The notes under the pieces were generated by a model that saw only the letters and a list, made by a program, of their open reading frames with translations, was not told where the DNA came from and ran no database searches. Positions 9,570 through 19,268 of a DNA stretch of 64,000 nt are shown here, in pieces. The position numbers were made by a program, and so were the translations under genes. Numbering within the stretch: position 1 is the stretch's first letter; every line of letters starts with the position of its first letter. This DNA is from a virus. Its lineage: Duplodnaviria > Caudoviricetes. Location of the stretch: the IMG/VR virus record IMGVR_UViG_3300023105_003457, positions 1 through 64,000 of that record. One strand, written 5' to 3'.

Positions 9570-10216
9570 AAACTTATACCTGCATTAATTGTATATCTAT
9601 TTTTAGTTTTATCTTTTAATGTATCTACACTATGAACAAATCTAGGATTAGCATTGTTTAGTAATACAACAGTTCCGTTTAACGGAATAATATTTTTTAC
9701 ATTAGACACTTCTTCGTTAGGCCAATCACGTTCTCCAATTTTAAGAATACTTCCCCATTCTGTTTTCCATTCAGGCTCTTCAGTAAAATAAATTAAAAAC
9801 CCTACGTCATGATCTTCAACTCCGTCCCAATGCCAGTTTAAACTATCACTACCATTCCAGAGATCTATAAACCTAAGTTCCCAATTATATCCACACGTTT
9901 TTTCAAACCAATTGCTATAATAAGGATCTTTAAATAATTGTGTAATTGCATCAGTATACATCTTAGGAACAACATCTAAACTAGAAGCACTTTTGGCTTT
10001 TTCATATTCTCTATTGTATTCTCTTTCTTCCTTAGGTGGTGTTGTAATATCTGTGTTTATGCTCCATTCAGGTATGCTTTTGTATACCGAATGTGTTTGC
10101 CAATTTTCCATAGATATTTGTGCCCACAACAATGTTGTTAGATGTTGCGGAAGTTGAACAACATCAAACCCGTGTTTGTAAAAATGGTTAACGTCAAACG
10201 TCTTTTGAATCAACAT
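9560..10216 (-). CDS. 2OG-Fe(II) oxygenase
   Basis: WHWDG, LIYF, EWGS, FVHSV, NRYT. Confidence 0.8.
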   Translation of the reverse strand: MLIQKTFDVNHFYKHGFDVVQLPQHLTTLLWAQISMENWQTHSVYKSIPEWSINTDITTPPKEEREYNREYEKAKSASSLDVVPKMYTDAITQLFKDPYYSNWFEKTCGYNWELRFIDLWNGSDSLNWHWDGVEDHDVGFLIYFTEEPEWKTEWGSILKIGERDWPNEEVSNVKNIIPLNGTVVLLNNANPRFVHSVDTLKDKTKNRYTINAGISLWN

Positions 10217-11195
10217 AATCGTATACCTCCGCTAACCAACAAGGCTCTTGTGTTCTAAAACTTTTTAAATGATTACTTAAGAAACAACCCATAGAGCAAC
10301 GTTGAAAATGTGGACATTCTAAACAGTTATAATCTTCAAACCATTTCTGTTCCATTTCTTCCTTAGTTGGCCTATATCCATCTAGGTCTTTAGATAATAA
10401 TACTGTACAACCTCCTGCATCACCACTGGGCATAATAGTAAACGTATCCATACAAGTCATGCGTTTCTTTTGCTTGTTAGGATAATCTTTGAAGGGTAAA
10501 CAGTTAGGATAGTTATCTAACATAAACTTCATAAAGTCACGCAACTGTACATCATTAGGAGTCATACGTTCTCTATTCTTTTCTGGTGTGTAGTAATCAA
10601 AATAGATATCATAGTTGTCGTACAAGTAATCAAAGAAAGGTGTAGCACGTTTTAAGAACTTTTCAATGTTAGGCTTTGTCATAATAACATTAGCACTTTT
10701 GATGTAGTTTTTAAACATTCTTACGTTCTCTTGAAACTTTTCTAACTGTCCAAAACCAAAGCGTCCACTAGGATCATAACTTGTTAGTAGTTTAATCTGT
10801 GGGCATTCATCTAGTAGTTTTTGTAGTCTATCTGTGCGTTCGTAAACAAAGTTTGTGGTAAAACATATTTCAACATCATAGTTGTTTTCCTTGCTCCACT
10901 TATCTAATTCATCTGCTAGATATTTGTAGTCATCAAAGCAACTGTCAGGAACAAGATCACTAAACACTTCACCACCCATAAAGTGTACACTGAACATACC
11001 TCTAGTAGCACTCATATTTTTTATAGCACGTTGCACAACTTCTAGTTTATCTCGTATGGTATCCATACCAACCTTGCTGTTGTGATCTTGATTGCAAAAC
11101 TTACAACTCATATTACACTGTTCAAACAAGGTCACAATGATCTCGCCTAAGATTTGTCTTTTGTTTGTTTTTGTAATAATATTATGTTCTATCAT
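10194..11195 (-). CDS. radical SAM/SPASM-like enzyme
   Basis: CNMSCKFC, MGGE; C-terminal CLECPHFQRCSMGC...C. Confidence 0.9.
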   Translation of the reverse strand: MIEHNIITKTNKRQILGEIIVTLFEQCNMSCKFCNQDHNSKVGMDTIRDKLEVVQRAIKNMSATRGMFSVHFMGGEVFSDLVPDSCFDDYKYLADELDKWSKENNYDVEICFTTNFVYERTDRLQKLLDECPQIKLLTSYDPSGRFGFGQLEKFQENVRMFKNYIKSANVIMTKPNIEKFLKRATPFFDYLYDNYDIYFDYYTPEKNRERMTPNDVQLRDFMKFMLDNYPNCLPFKDYPNKQKKRMTCMDTFTIMPSGDAGGCTVLLSKDLDGYRPTKEEMEQKWFEDYNCLECPHFQRCSMGCFLSNHLKSFRTQEPCWLAEVYDYVDSKDV

Positions 11196-11746
11196 TCAAC
11201 TATCTCATTAAAAGTCATATTGCATACAAGACTTATTCTTTGTTCACTACCTAAGTAAGGAGTGACTTCATGCCAAACATAATACGGTGCCGCAATTAAT
11301 AAACCATCTGTTGGTTCAATTTCTATGTATGGTTTACCTGGCGCAAATGATTTTTTACTTTGCCATCTAGGATCATATAATCTTATTTTGCCGCCTTCAC
11401 TATTTCCTGCATTAATATAAAATACTGCAAACGCATCAATAACATCATGTGAATGTACGCTTTTAAAATCACCAAACTTCATTGGATTGATGATGTTTAG
11501 GTCATCCATATTATAATTTGTGTTGTGACCTGCGTGTTCACAAAGAGTGTCAAATGCGATTTTAAATCGTGAACGTATGTCCGGAAATGCATTAAAGTTT
11601 ACATTTTCGTCTGCTATGTTAACAATGCCACTAGCCTTCATATCTGTTATTTTGGCAATGGCTAGGGTTTCAACTTGCTTTTTCCAATCTTCGTCATCAT
11701 TATACTGACAAGAATAGATTGGCGTAGACCAATATTCATTTATCAT
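11192..11746 (-). CDS. putative 2OG-Fe(II) oxygenase (TIGR02466-like)
   Basis: HSH, VFYI, G.I.LYDPR, WHEV.P, RISL. Confidence 0.75.
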   Translation of the reverse strand: MINEYWSTPIYSCQYNDDEDWKKQVETLAIAKITDMKASGIVNIADENVNFNAFPDIRSRFKIAFDTLCEHAGHNTNYNMDDLNIINPMKFGDFKSVHSHDVIDAFAVFYINAGNSEGGKIRLYDPRWQSKKSFAPGKPYIEIEPTDGLLIAAPYYVWHEVTPYLGSEQRISLVCNMTFNEIVE

Positions 11747-11751
11747 ACTGG

Positions 11752-11759
11752 TATTTATA
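11752..11759 (-). promoter_or_regulatory. T4-type late promoter inside radical SAM cluster
   Basis: exact TATAAATA on minus strand 5 nt upstream of ATG 11746. Confidence 0.6.
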
Positions 11760-11777
11760 GTAGCAGTTTTAGGTAGT

Positions 11778-12860
11778 TTAACCTATTGAAAAGTTAGATA
11801 ATGTTGCTGAGTTTTCTTTTTTAAGTTTATAAAAGAAGTTTAACAATAGTACATTTACTTTTAATCTATCTTCAATTTCAAATGCACTTAGAGCACTATT
11901 GATATCTTTATCAAGAACTGTATCAATTTCACTGCTTGTTAATGTTCCATTTGAATTTTGGACAATCTTAATTACTTCTTTAGACAGTGTTGAATCGTCA
12001 TCACCTGCATCAGTTCCTGAAGCCTCAAACATCTTTTGTCTAAAGTCTGCAACATCAATTTTAATGCTGTCAATTGTTTGATCTTTTAAGATAAAATCTA
12101 ATGTATCATTGGTTCCTTCAAGTGCAAATAAGTCTTGGTCAATTGTATAATCAACACCTACTAGTTTTGAAACCCATGTCTTATTGATGTTTTGAAGCAA
12201 ACTGCTTCTAATAAACAATGCTTCGTCCATTACTTTTTTGCTAAGAATAGCATACATCTTTTTACCTAATGAATCATCGTATGTACTTTTGCCATTAAGT
12301 TTGCCAGCAATCAAAAACTCAATTGGTGCTTTTGCTCTTACTTTTCCAGTTAATGAATTGTTTACTTCTACTGAAACTGTTTTAAATAATCCTTGAAACT
12401 GATCTTTAGTCATGTATCCAAAAGATTCTGCTAGTGTTTTTTGACTATCAACTCCAGCATTGTCTGAACCCCATGTAAAGTCTTGTCTTGTGATTAACTT
12501 TGCTTCTGTTGTGTTTGCATTATAGATTTTAAATGCATCTTCTTTTGTAATGTTAGGGTATAGATATTTTACCCATTTGACAAATAGTGTATTGTATGTT
12601 GTTGCATCTGCAAAAATATCAACAGTGCCTTTTTCTAATAGGAAATCAAAAAACTCTGCGTCGTTTGCAAACTCTTTATCAGCACCAACTAGTTCGTTGT
12701 ATGAGTTAACATTGTAATATGTTTCCCCTAACGATCTAAATCTTGTTTGTATTTCGTCGCCAATTTGTTGTGTTAAATTTGGTGAAATAACGATACGTGG
12801 ACGCTCCATATCCATACGGAACTCTGGCTTTACATACACTTTATCAAATAGTAGAAACAT
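11778..12860 (-). CDS. hypothetical protein in radical SAM cluster
   Basis: 360-aa ORF coupled to neighbour. Confidence 0.75.
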   Translation of the reverse strand: MFLLFDKVYVKPEFRMDMERPRIVISPNLTQQIGDEIQTRFRSLGETYYNVNSYNELVGADKEFANDAEFFDFLLEKGTVDIFADATTYNTLFVKWVKYLYPNITKEDAFKIYNANTTEAKLITRQDFTWGSDNAGVDSQKTLAESFGYMTKDQFQGLFKTVSVEVNNSLTGKVRAKAPIEFLIAGKLNGKSTYDDSLGKKMYAILSKKVMDEALFIRSSLLQNINKTWVSKLVGVDYTIDQDLFALEGTNDTLDFILKDQTIDSIKIDVADFRQKMFEASGTDAGDDDSTLSKEVIKIVQNSNGTLTSSEIDTVLDKDINSALSAFEIEDRLKVNVLLLNFFYKLKKENSATLSNFSIG

Positions 12861-13581
12861 CTTTTAAACTCTCTTCTTTTAACTCTTTGTATTTATTTGA
12901 ATCCCACATTCCTGAAGCCACTGCATTAGTGATAAGTGCTACTGTATTTCCAGGAACAAACCAGTAATTAAATAACGGTTCGCCTTTAAACATAGGATCG
13001 TTAAATTGCTTTACTAAAAACTTTCTATCTGTTAACGGTACGTGAGGAAACAATTCATATACATCTGAATACTTGTATAAATGTACGTAGTTAATTCCGC
13101 AGAATGTATCGTCTTCTACACGATCAAACCCATCAATACTTTGTTGAATAGCATTGTCTTGAATACAGTGCAAATTAAAAATACTACCACTAGCAAGAGC
13201 AACTGTCCATTTATCAACTAGGTCTGCGTTTTCTTCAATAAAATCTTTTGCTTCATTAAAAGAAAATAACTTGTTAACATAGTGTAAGCCTTGGTTTTCT
13301 TTTATACCTGCTAATAGTATTTGAAGTACTGTTAGTTCTAATGATTTTAGTTTTACTAACATTCTTGTTTCCATGTAAACTTTTACAAATTCATTTACTT
13401 CAGAAAACTCTACATCTTTAAAACTAACATCACACGGAACATCTAAATTACTTAGATATGTAAGTAATTTTTCTCCTTTAAGTGTGCTATCTTTATAATC
13501 AATAATAAAAGTAATATCTTTATTTTCAAAGTATTCTTTTAAATTATCAATAGGAATAGGAGCAACTGTATGTTTGTTCAT
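12844..13581 (-). CDS. hypothetical protein in radical SAM cluster
   Basis: 245-aa ORF; TAATG overlap with the Cys/His-tail gene. Confidence 0.75.
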   Translation of the reverse strand: MNKHTVAPIPIDNLKEYFENKDITFIIDYKDSTLKGEKLLTYLSNLDVPCDVSFKDVEFSEVNEFVKVYMETRMLVKLKSLELTVLQILLAGIKENQGLHYVNKLFSFNEAKDFIEENADLVDKWTVALASGSIFNLHCIQDNAIQQSIDGFDRVEDDTFCGINYVHLYKYSDVYELFPHVPLTDRKFLVKQFNDPMFKGEPLFNYWFVPGNTVALITNAVASGMWDSNKYKELKEESLKDVSTI

Positions 13582-14138
13582 TAGCGTCTACCTCTTGAAC
13601 CGTGACAGTTAGAGTGGCAACTACTGTGACATACTGTGACTGGTGTGTCTACAACAATATCACGTTTTTCGTTCATTTCTCGTTGAAGATCCCCTAAGTA
13701 TGCTTCGATACCAGCAACACTTACTAAATCGTCGGGCTCTACTGCACTAGCATCAATACCGTCAAGTGCAACTCTGTTAGCATCTAATAGATGAGCAACT
13801 TGTGTTTGATCAAAATCAACACGAGGATTTGCTTCACCTGTGCCAGATGTTTGCATTAGCAGTCTTGCTCTTTGTTTTCTAATTCTAGTGTATTCAAATG
13901 CTTCGCCTTCAAGTGTTGCAATAAGTTCTGAAGAATCAATTGTTGATCCTGCAATAGATGTTCCTGTAATACCAATTGAACGACCAGCAGTAGTGCCGCC
14001 ATAGTTTCCAGCCGGCATATCATTGAACGGTTTATTGTTTGTTGCCCATAGGATTTGACCATTGTTATGAGTCACAACAAAATCTTCAAATCTATCAACA
14101 ATATTTTGTTTTCTAATAGGGTTTGTTAGCGTAGCCAT
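13581..14138 (-). CDS. protein with C-terminal CHSSCHSNCHGSRGRR tail; candidate modification substrate
   Basis: all 3 Cys lie in the last 16 residues at 4-residue spacing; starts 1 nt after a radical SAM stop codon. Confidence 0.75.
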   Translation of the reverse strand: MATLTNPIRKQNIVDRFEDFVVTHNNGQILWATNNKPFNDMPAGNYGGTTAGRSIGITGTSIAGSTIDSSELIATLEGEAFEYTRIRKQRARLLMQTSGTGEANPRVDFDQTQVAHLLDANRVALDGIDASAVEPDDLVSVAGIEAYLGDLQREMNEKRDIVVDTPVTVCHSSCHSNCHGSRGRR

Positions 14139-15209
14139 CTAGTTATGTACCTTTATTAATTTCTCTGTAAATTTCGCATTTGTACGTATATTTATGTTTT
14201 CTTTTAGTTTCATCATGAGGGTTTTTGGAGACGCACACACATCTCCTTCCCATTCTAATTGGTGACAATCGCTACCGCATACGTCAAATACCGGGCATTC
14301 AAAGCATCTAGGGTCTCTTGCTGTTTCACAGGCTATAATATTGCGTCTTTTTGGGTTAAAAAGCAGTTCAGCAATAGGCATATCTAGGTGTCCATAATGA
14401 TCTACAGGTGCTGAATTTGGGCATCCTGCGATGGTTCCGTCTGCATTAATTGTAAACATCTTTTGCTCACAGTTTCTACACCAAGTACCTGCATCAGGAA
14501 ATCCTAGTTCAAATTTAGCATAGATGTTTTCCATAAACGTATGATAAATTTTGTCACGCAAATCGTGTTCAACAATAGCCTCGTGATAAGCAAGGAACCA
14601 ACTGTCTAGTTCTTTGTTGCTAGGCCATAATGCTAGATTCTTTTTAGCATTACCATCAAAGGTAATACGTTCAAAGTCTATTTCTTGTATTCCTAAATCA
14701 ATAGCATAATCAATAATATGTACAGGATCTAATTCAATTACATCACGACTCATACTTACAAATAATTTAATTGTAAATCCGTCTTTGATAAGAGTGCGGA
14801 CATTTGACTCCCATAGTTTACGTTGTTGCTCGTTTGCAAAACGTATTTTAGGATCCCAACTTGTACCAACACGTTTACCTAATGCTGTACGCATAAAATT
14901 TAGTTTTTCGTCTGTGAGTTTGTAAACAAGATTAGTAGTTGTTCCCCAACTCATTTCAGGATATAGTTTTGAAACAGCATCATACACTTTTTGCATATCA
15001 GCAACAGGTGCAAGAAAAGGTTCACCACCATGAAAATCTACATGGGCAGTTCTAAACTCAGGAAACATTTCTTTTAGTCTTGTAAACCAATCAATAATTT
15101 TATTAGGATCAAAATAAATCTTACGACCGTTGATACCATTTGTAAAACAATGACTGCAATTTAGATTACAAGTTTCTGTTGTTTTAAGATATACCATTAA
15201 ATCTCTCAT
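14139..15209 (-). CDS. radical SAM/SPASM-domain enzyme
   Basis: KTTETCNLNCSHC, FHGGEP; CRNC...TINADG.IAGCPN...CFECPVFDVCGSDC...C. Confidence 0.92.
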   Translation of the reverse strand: MRDLMVYLKTTETCNLNCSHCFTNGINGRKIYFDPNKIIDWFTRLKEMFPEFRTAHVDFHGGEPFLAPVADMQKVYDAVSKLYPEMSWGTTTNLVYKLTDEKLNFMRTALGKRVGTSWDPKIRFANEQQRKLWESNVRTLIKDGFTIKLFVSMSRDVIELDPVHIIDYAIDLGIQEIDFERITFDGNAKKNLALWPSNKELDSWFLAYHEAIVEHDLRDKIYHTFMENIYAKFELGFPDAGTWCRNCEQKMFTINADGTIAGCPNSAPVDHYGHLDMPIAELLFNPKRRNIIACETARDPRCFECPVFDVCGSDCHQLEWEGDVCASPKTLMMKLKENINIRTNAKFTEKLIKVHN

Positions 15210-15721
15210 AGATGTATTCCTATATCTCCAACAGACTTTTCTAAGTAATTGTAAGTTCCAAAACTTAAACTTAAACAGTTTGTAATATTAAATGCTTTGT
15301 GCTGAGTATTTGCTTTAATAAAAATATGTTCGTTTTCTTTTAGTGTATGATCAGTGTCTGCAACTGTGACTGTTTTTGTTCCTTCGCAGATATAAATGCA
15401 AACCTCACACGGGTCACTATGCATATCAAAACTACCATGATCTTCATACCCCCAATAAGCATGACAGTCAACAGGCTTTCCCCAATGTTTAGAAAGTTGA
15501 TTACATTTATCATAGATAACTTTATTAAATGCTTCAAAGCCTTGTATTTTAAATGTAGTTTTGTTTGTAATAAGTGTTGGCAATGATTCTATATACTCGG
15601 AGAAAGACACATAGGTATCATTAACTGGAGTATCTTTCCCGTCAATAATAGTGTAGATCAATCCTTGTGTAAAGAAATCTAAATTTGATAATGCTTGTTC
15701 AAAGTTTTGTTTTGTGATCAT
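15206..15721 (-). CDS. JmjC/cupin-type oxygenase
   Basis: CHAY...SFDMHSD...EGTK...QHKA...SLSFG. Confidence 0.7.
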   Translation of the reverse strand: MITKQNFEQALSNLDFFTQGLIYTIIDGKDTPVNDTYVSFSEYIESLPTLITNKTTFKIQGFEAFNKVIYDKCNQLSKHWGKPVDCHAYWGYEDHGSFDMHSDPCEVCIYICEGTKTVTVADTDHTLKENEHIFIKANTQHKAFNITNCLSLSFGTYNYLEKSVGDIGIHL

Positions 15722-16377
15722 AATCCACTTGTGTTATTGCTAACAACTTTATCACCAATTACAATAGGGGAGCCCGGTGATACTCCGTGGATGTTAAAAC
15801 TAAACACAATTCTTTCTTTGTTAGTAGGATTAGCCGGAACTCTATGAGGCAACCAGCCTGGAAATATCAATGCATCACCTGTTTCACACTTAACTTCTGT
15901 ATAGTAATCATTAATGCCTCCTGGTTGTTCAAACTTAGGAGCATTAGAATTTAGTGGTAAGTTCATATTTCTAAACTGTATATCACCACTGTCCTCGGGT
16001 TTTTCTAAATACATACTTACAGCAAAGTGACTACCACCGTGATCGTGTTCTTCTACATAGCCTTGGTTAGCAGTAATGTTAGTCCAACTTTTAAAAATGC
16101 TTAATTCAATATCAGGTTGATACTGCCACTGCTTCCAAATCTCTTTAACATAAGGACGCAACCAATCAAGTATTGGTTTCATCTCAGACCAACTATGAGG
16201 TGCGGTTGCTTGATTAAGAACACTAGTCTTGCCACCACCTTTCATAACACCAATGTTAGGTTGCACCATTAAATGTTCTGCTCGTACTTTTCTTACAACA
16301 TCTGTAAGGTCGCCTGGATAATGCATTTTATATATCAACGGTGCCCATGGTGTAGCATTTATCAATCCATCAATCAT
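15718..16377 (-). CDS. putative 2OG-Fe(II) oxygenase (TIGR02466-like); start reassigned
   Basis: SWTN, EHDH, SGDIQF, FPGWLPHRV, RIVFSFN. Confidence 0.8.
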   Translation of the reverse strand: MIDGLINATPWAPLIYKMHYPGDLTDVVRKVRAEHLMVQPNIGVMKGGGKTSVLNQATAPHSWSEMKPILDWLRPYVKEIWKQWQYQPDIELSIFKSWTNITANQGYVEEHDHGGSHFAVSMYLEKPEDSGDIQFRNMNLPLNSNAPKFEQPGGINDYYTEVKCETGDALIFPGWLPHRVPANPTNKERIVFSFNIHGVSPGSPIVIGDKVVSNNTSGL

Positions 16378-17050
16378 TATTGGCTCCTGGCATATAATCG
16401 TGTGCGTAAGGTTCAACACTACCTGCGGCTTCAATACTATTAGGGTCTAACTGTTCTCTTACTTTAAAGTTTCCACTAAATGTTGTACGTCTTTTATTTG
16501 ATTTATTAGGGTTTGTAAAGTGATAAGTCCAACTAGGAAATATTACAATAGTTCCTGATTTTACTTTAGGAATATAACATTTTGTATTAAACTGTTTGAA
16601 TACTCTATCAACACCTGTTGCCGCAACTCTATTAAACTCTGTATTCTCTAATACAAGTTCGCCGCCAGTTTCAACATCATCTGGGTATTCAAAGAAATAA
16701 GAACAAGCAAACATTCTATCAGGTACACTATGATCGTGTATCTCTTGGAATCCACCGTTATTGTATATGTTGGCCCAACATTCAATTAGTTCAAATGTGT
16801 ATGGGCGTGTTGGACCAAGTGAATCAAAGTATTCAGTAAAGTTTGGTTGTATAGCGTCCCACCATATTTTCCAAGGCATTTGGTCGTTCTTTTCGTGACC
16901 ACAACTGCTTGTACATCTTGATAGTGTCCAAGTATCTTTAAAATACTCTTTCTCTTTCAAAATGTAAGGCATAAATGCTTCAACAACTTTATCGTGATCT
17001 TTTACTTCACCTACGTAAAAGTGTGTTGGCCAAGCAGGGATAGTACTCAT
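16370..17050 (-). CDS. putative 2OG-Fe(II) oxygenase (TIGR02466-like)
   Basis: WANIY..GGFQEIHDH, FPSW..H, R.T.SGN. Confidence 0.8.
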   Translation of the reverse strand: MSTIPAWPTHFYVGEVKDHDKVVEAFMPYILKEKEYFKDTWTLSRCTSSCGHEKNDQMPWKIWWDAIQPNFTEYFDSLGPTRPYTFELIECWANIYNNGGFQEIHDHSVPDRMFACSYFFEYPDDVETGGELVLENTEFNRVAATGVDRVFKQFNTKCYIPKVKSGTIVIFPSWTYHFTNPNKSNKRRTTFSGNFKVREQLDPNSIEAAGSVEPYAHDYMPGANND

Positions 17051-17688
17051 GAATTCTCCTTTACTTTGTAAACACAGTTTACAATAATTCTTTTGCTATA
17101 ATCTATAGGAGGACTGCTAGTATGATATCTTGTACTGTGAAACATTACTAGTCTACCACGTTTAGGTGATAGTGTTGTTTCTGTACGCATATCAGTTAAA
17201 TCTTCTCCCCAAAATTTGTTAAAGAAGTAAGTGTCTCCATCTGCATCGTCAACATAGTAGATTACACTAATCCACGGTTCGTCATCTTTGCCTTCTAGAT
17301 GTTTATCACAATGTGGCATATTATACCAACCACGTTGCCAATTTGCTTGTTTGTGTAGATAGTTAACTTTAATTCTGTCTACGGCTTCAATTTCCATTTC
17401 AAGGTTATTCATTAGACTGTTGCTAATAATATCTGAAACATACGTAAATGGTGAAAAGACCGGACCTCTGCTGTCAACTAAAGGATGGACAAACTGATTG
17501 CAATCGTGAATATTGTCTTTAATTATTTCAGATGTTTTTTCTAATTGCCCTGCTGTGACTTTATTGTAGGCCCAATTAAAGTTTGGATCTAAAACAGCAT
17601 CTAATATTTTTTGCTGATCATCTGGATGTACACAATTATCATACATTATAAATGGATGATTTTTCTTTTCAACTACTTCAACTTGCAT
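17047..17688 (-). CDS. 2OG-Fe(II) oxygenase
   Basis: PHCD, IYYV.DADGDT.FF, PKRGR..F....YHTSS.P, RI..N. Confidence 0.8.
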   Translation of the reverse strand: MQVEVVEKKNHPFIMYDNCVHPDDQQKILDAVLDPNFNWAYNKVTAGQLEKTSEIIKDNIHDCNQFVHPLVDSRGPVFSPFTYVSDIISNSLMNNLEMEIEAVDRIKVNYLHKQANWQRGWYNMPHCDKHLEGKDDEPWISVIYYVDDADGDTYFFNKFWGEDLTDMRTETTLSPKRGRLVMFHSTRYHTSSPPIDYSKRIIVNCVYKVKENS

Positions 17689-17690
17689 TC

Positions 17691-19268
17691 TTACTCCTTA
17701 TATACAGTGCTATTTAAGTAGTCATACATTGTTTGACAATGCTTTACGGCTTTACTCCATGTTTCTTTATTTGAATCCAAACGTCTAATAATTTCTTCTA
17801 GTTGTCTATTTGATAGTTTATTATGTGCAGGTTCAATACCTTCTGTGACAATATCAACAGGATTGTATCCCATACCACTAGCAATTGGAGGAAATCCAAA
17901 TCCTGTAAGATTTTTAAGAACTAATCTATCAAAAGCATAACTCTTTCCTGATACAGTTAATGGTTGTGTTTCATCTAGCATATTTGGATCATAAGATCTT
18001 TTATAGCAGTCTTTCCAATATTGTGTATCATTCCTCTGTGTCATTGCATAATGCATTGATACAAAATTAGCGAAGTCTTTAAACATCTTTTTGCATACTG
18101 CATTATATCCGTCAATATCAAATTGACTTGCTACTTGCTTACCATTTGTTCCATAACTTCTAAGAAGTGTTCTTGCAAGTTCAATTAAAAACTTATGAAC
18201 TGTATATAATCCGTTTGACTCTAACGGTTCAATGAACCCTGCACTTAGTCCTATTGCTACAACATTTTTAACCCAAAGTCTCTCGTGTAAGCCTACACGC
18301 ATTCTTAAATCTTTAAATTCTAATTCATTAACATCAACGTCATTAGCACTCAAATACATTTTAAATTCATTTAATGCCTGTTCAGGTGTTGCGTGATCAT
18401 CTGAATATACATATCCTGTACCAATTCTACTCCACAAAGGAATATTCCACACCCAACCATTACCTAATGCTGTACAATTTGTAAACGGTTCCATTTGTGC
18501 TTTTTTATCTGTGTATGGAACTCGTGTTGCCCATGCTCTATTATTAGGCAACATATATCTATAACTATCAAATGGCTCTTTCATTGTTTTGTCTAACAAC
18601 AAACTTTTGAACCCTGTACAATCAATGTATAGGTCGCCAGTAATTAACAAACTGTCATCAAGTTGTAAACCAAGCAAACCGTTTTTGTCATCACTTCTTA
18701 CTTCTTGTACATCACTTTGTATGTGTTCAACACCATTAGGAATACAAATATTATTCTTTAACCACTGTCCAAACTTAACAGCATCAAAATGATACGCACT
18801 ATCAACTCCGTAAGTATATCCTGGAAGTTTATTATCGGTATTTTTATCAAACTTGTTTTCGTTAACCAACGCCATTACACTATGAAAACTTTCTGCGTAA
18901 TTGCTGTTAGGTGTTTCAGGCTTATACATCTTTTTATAGTGCCAATCATTTGTTCCGTAGACTGTATTATCTAAATGCGGCCTTGTAAACGGATAATGGA
19001 ATCCACCGTCGTTTTGTTTATAGAAGTTATTAAACTTAATGCTCAATTTATATGTTGCATCAGTTTCTTTCATAAACTTCTTTTCATCAATCCCTAATAG
19101 ATTAATCCATTCATGAATGCCAGCAATAGTACTTTCGCCAACCCCTACAATCGGTGTGTTAGGTGATTCAATTAGTGTGACTTGGTATGTTGGAAATACT
19201 TTACAGATAGTTGCCGCAGTCATCCACCCGGCACTTCCTCCACCCACGATTACAATTTTCTTATGCAT
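17691..19268 (-). CDS. tryptophan halogenase-family flavin-dependent halogenase
   Basis: GGGSAG, GVGEST, ATYKLSIKF (catalytic Lys), GWVWNIP, FIEPLES. Confidence 0.9.
   Translation of the reverse strand: MHKKIVIVGGGSAGWMTAATICKVFPTYQVTLIESPNTPIVGVGESTIAGIHEWINLLGIDEKKFMKETDATYKLSIKFNNFYKQNDGGFHYPFTRPHLDNTVYGTNDWHYKKMYKPETPNSNYAESFHSVMALVNENKFDKNTDNKLPGYTYGVDSAYHFDAVKFGQWLKNNICIPNGVEHIQSDVQEVRSDDKNGLLGLQLDDSLLITGDLYIDCTGFKSLLLDKTMKEPFDSYRYMLPNNRAWATRVPYTDKKAQMEPFTNCTALGNGWVWNIPLWSRIGTGYVYSDDHATPEQALNEFKMYLSANDVDVNELEFKDLRMRVGLHERLWVKNVVAIGLSAGFIEPLESNGLYTVHKFLIELARTLLRSYGTNGKQVASQFDIDGYNAVCKKMFKDFANFVSMHYAMTQRNDTQYWKDCYKRSYDPNMLDETQPLTVSGKSYAFDRLVLKNLTGFGFPPIASGMGYNPVDIVTEGIEPAHNKLSNRQLEEIIRRLDSNKETWSKAVKHCQTMYDYLNSTVYKE

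Noticed and set aside
13599-13631. Reading CHSSCH/CHSNCH as heme c attachment sites
   Set aside because: Spacing is CxxxCH rather than CxxCH, the motifs overlap and there is no signal peptide.
6345-15209. Calling the radical SAM genes pqqE and the cluster a PQQ operon
   Set aside because: No pqqB, pqqC or pqqD recognised; pqqA is on the opposite strand in its own unit; the family cannot be assigned by eye.
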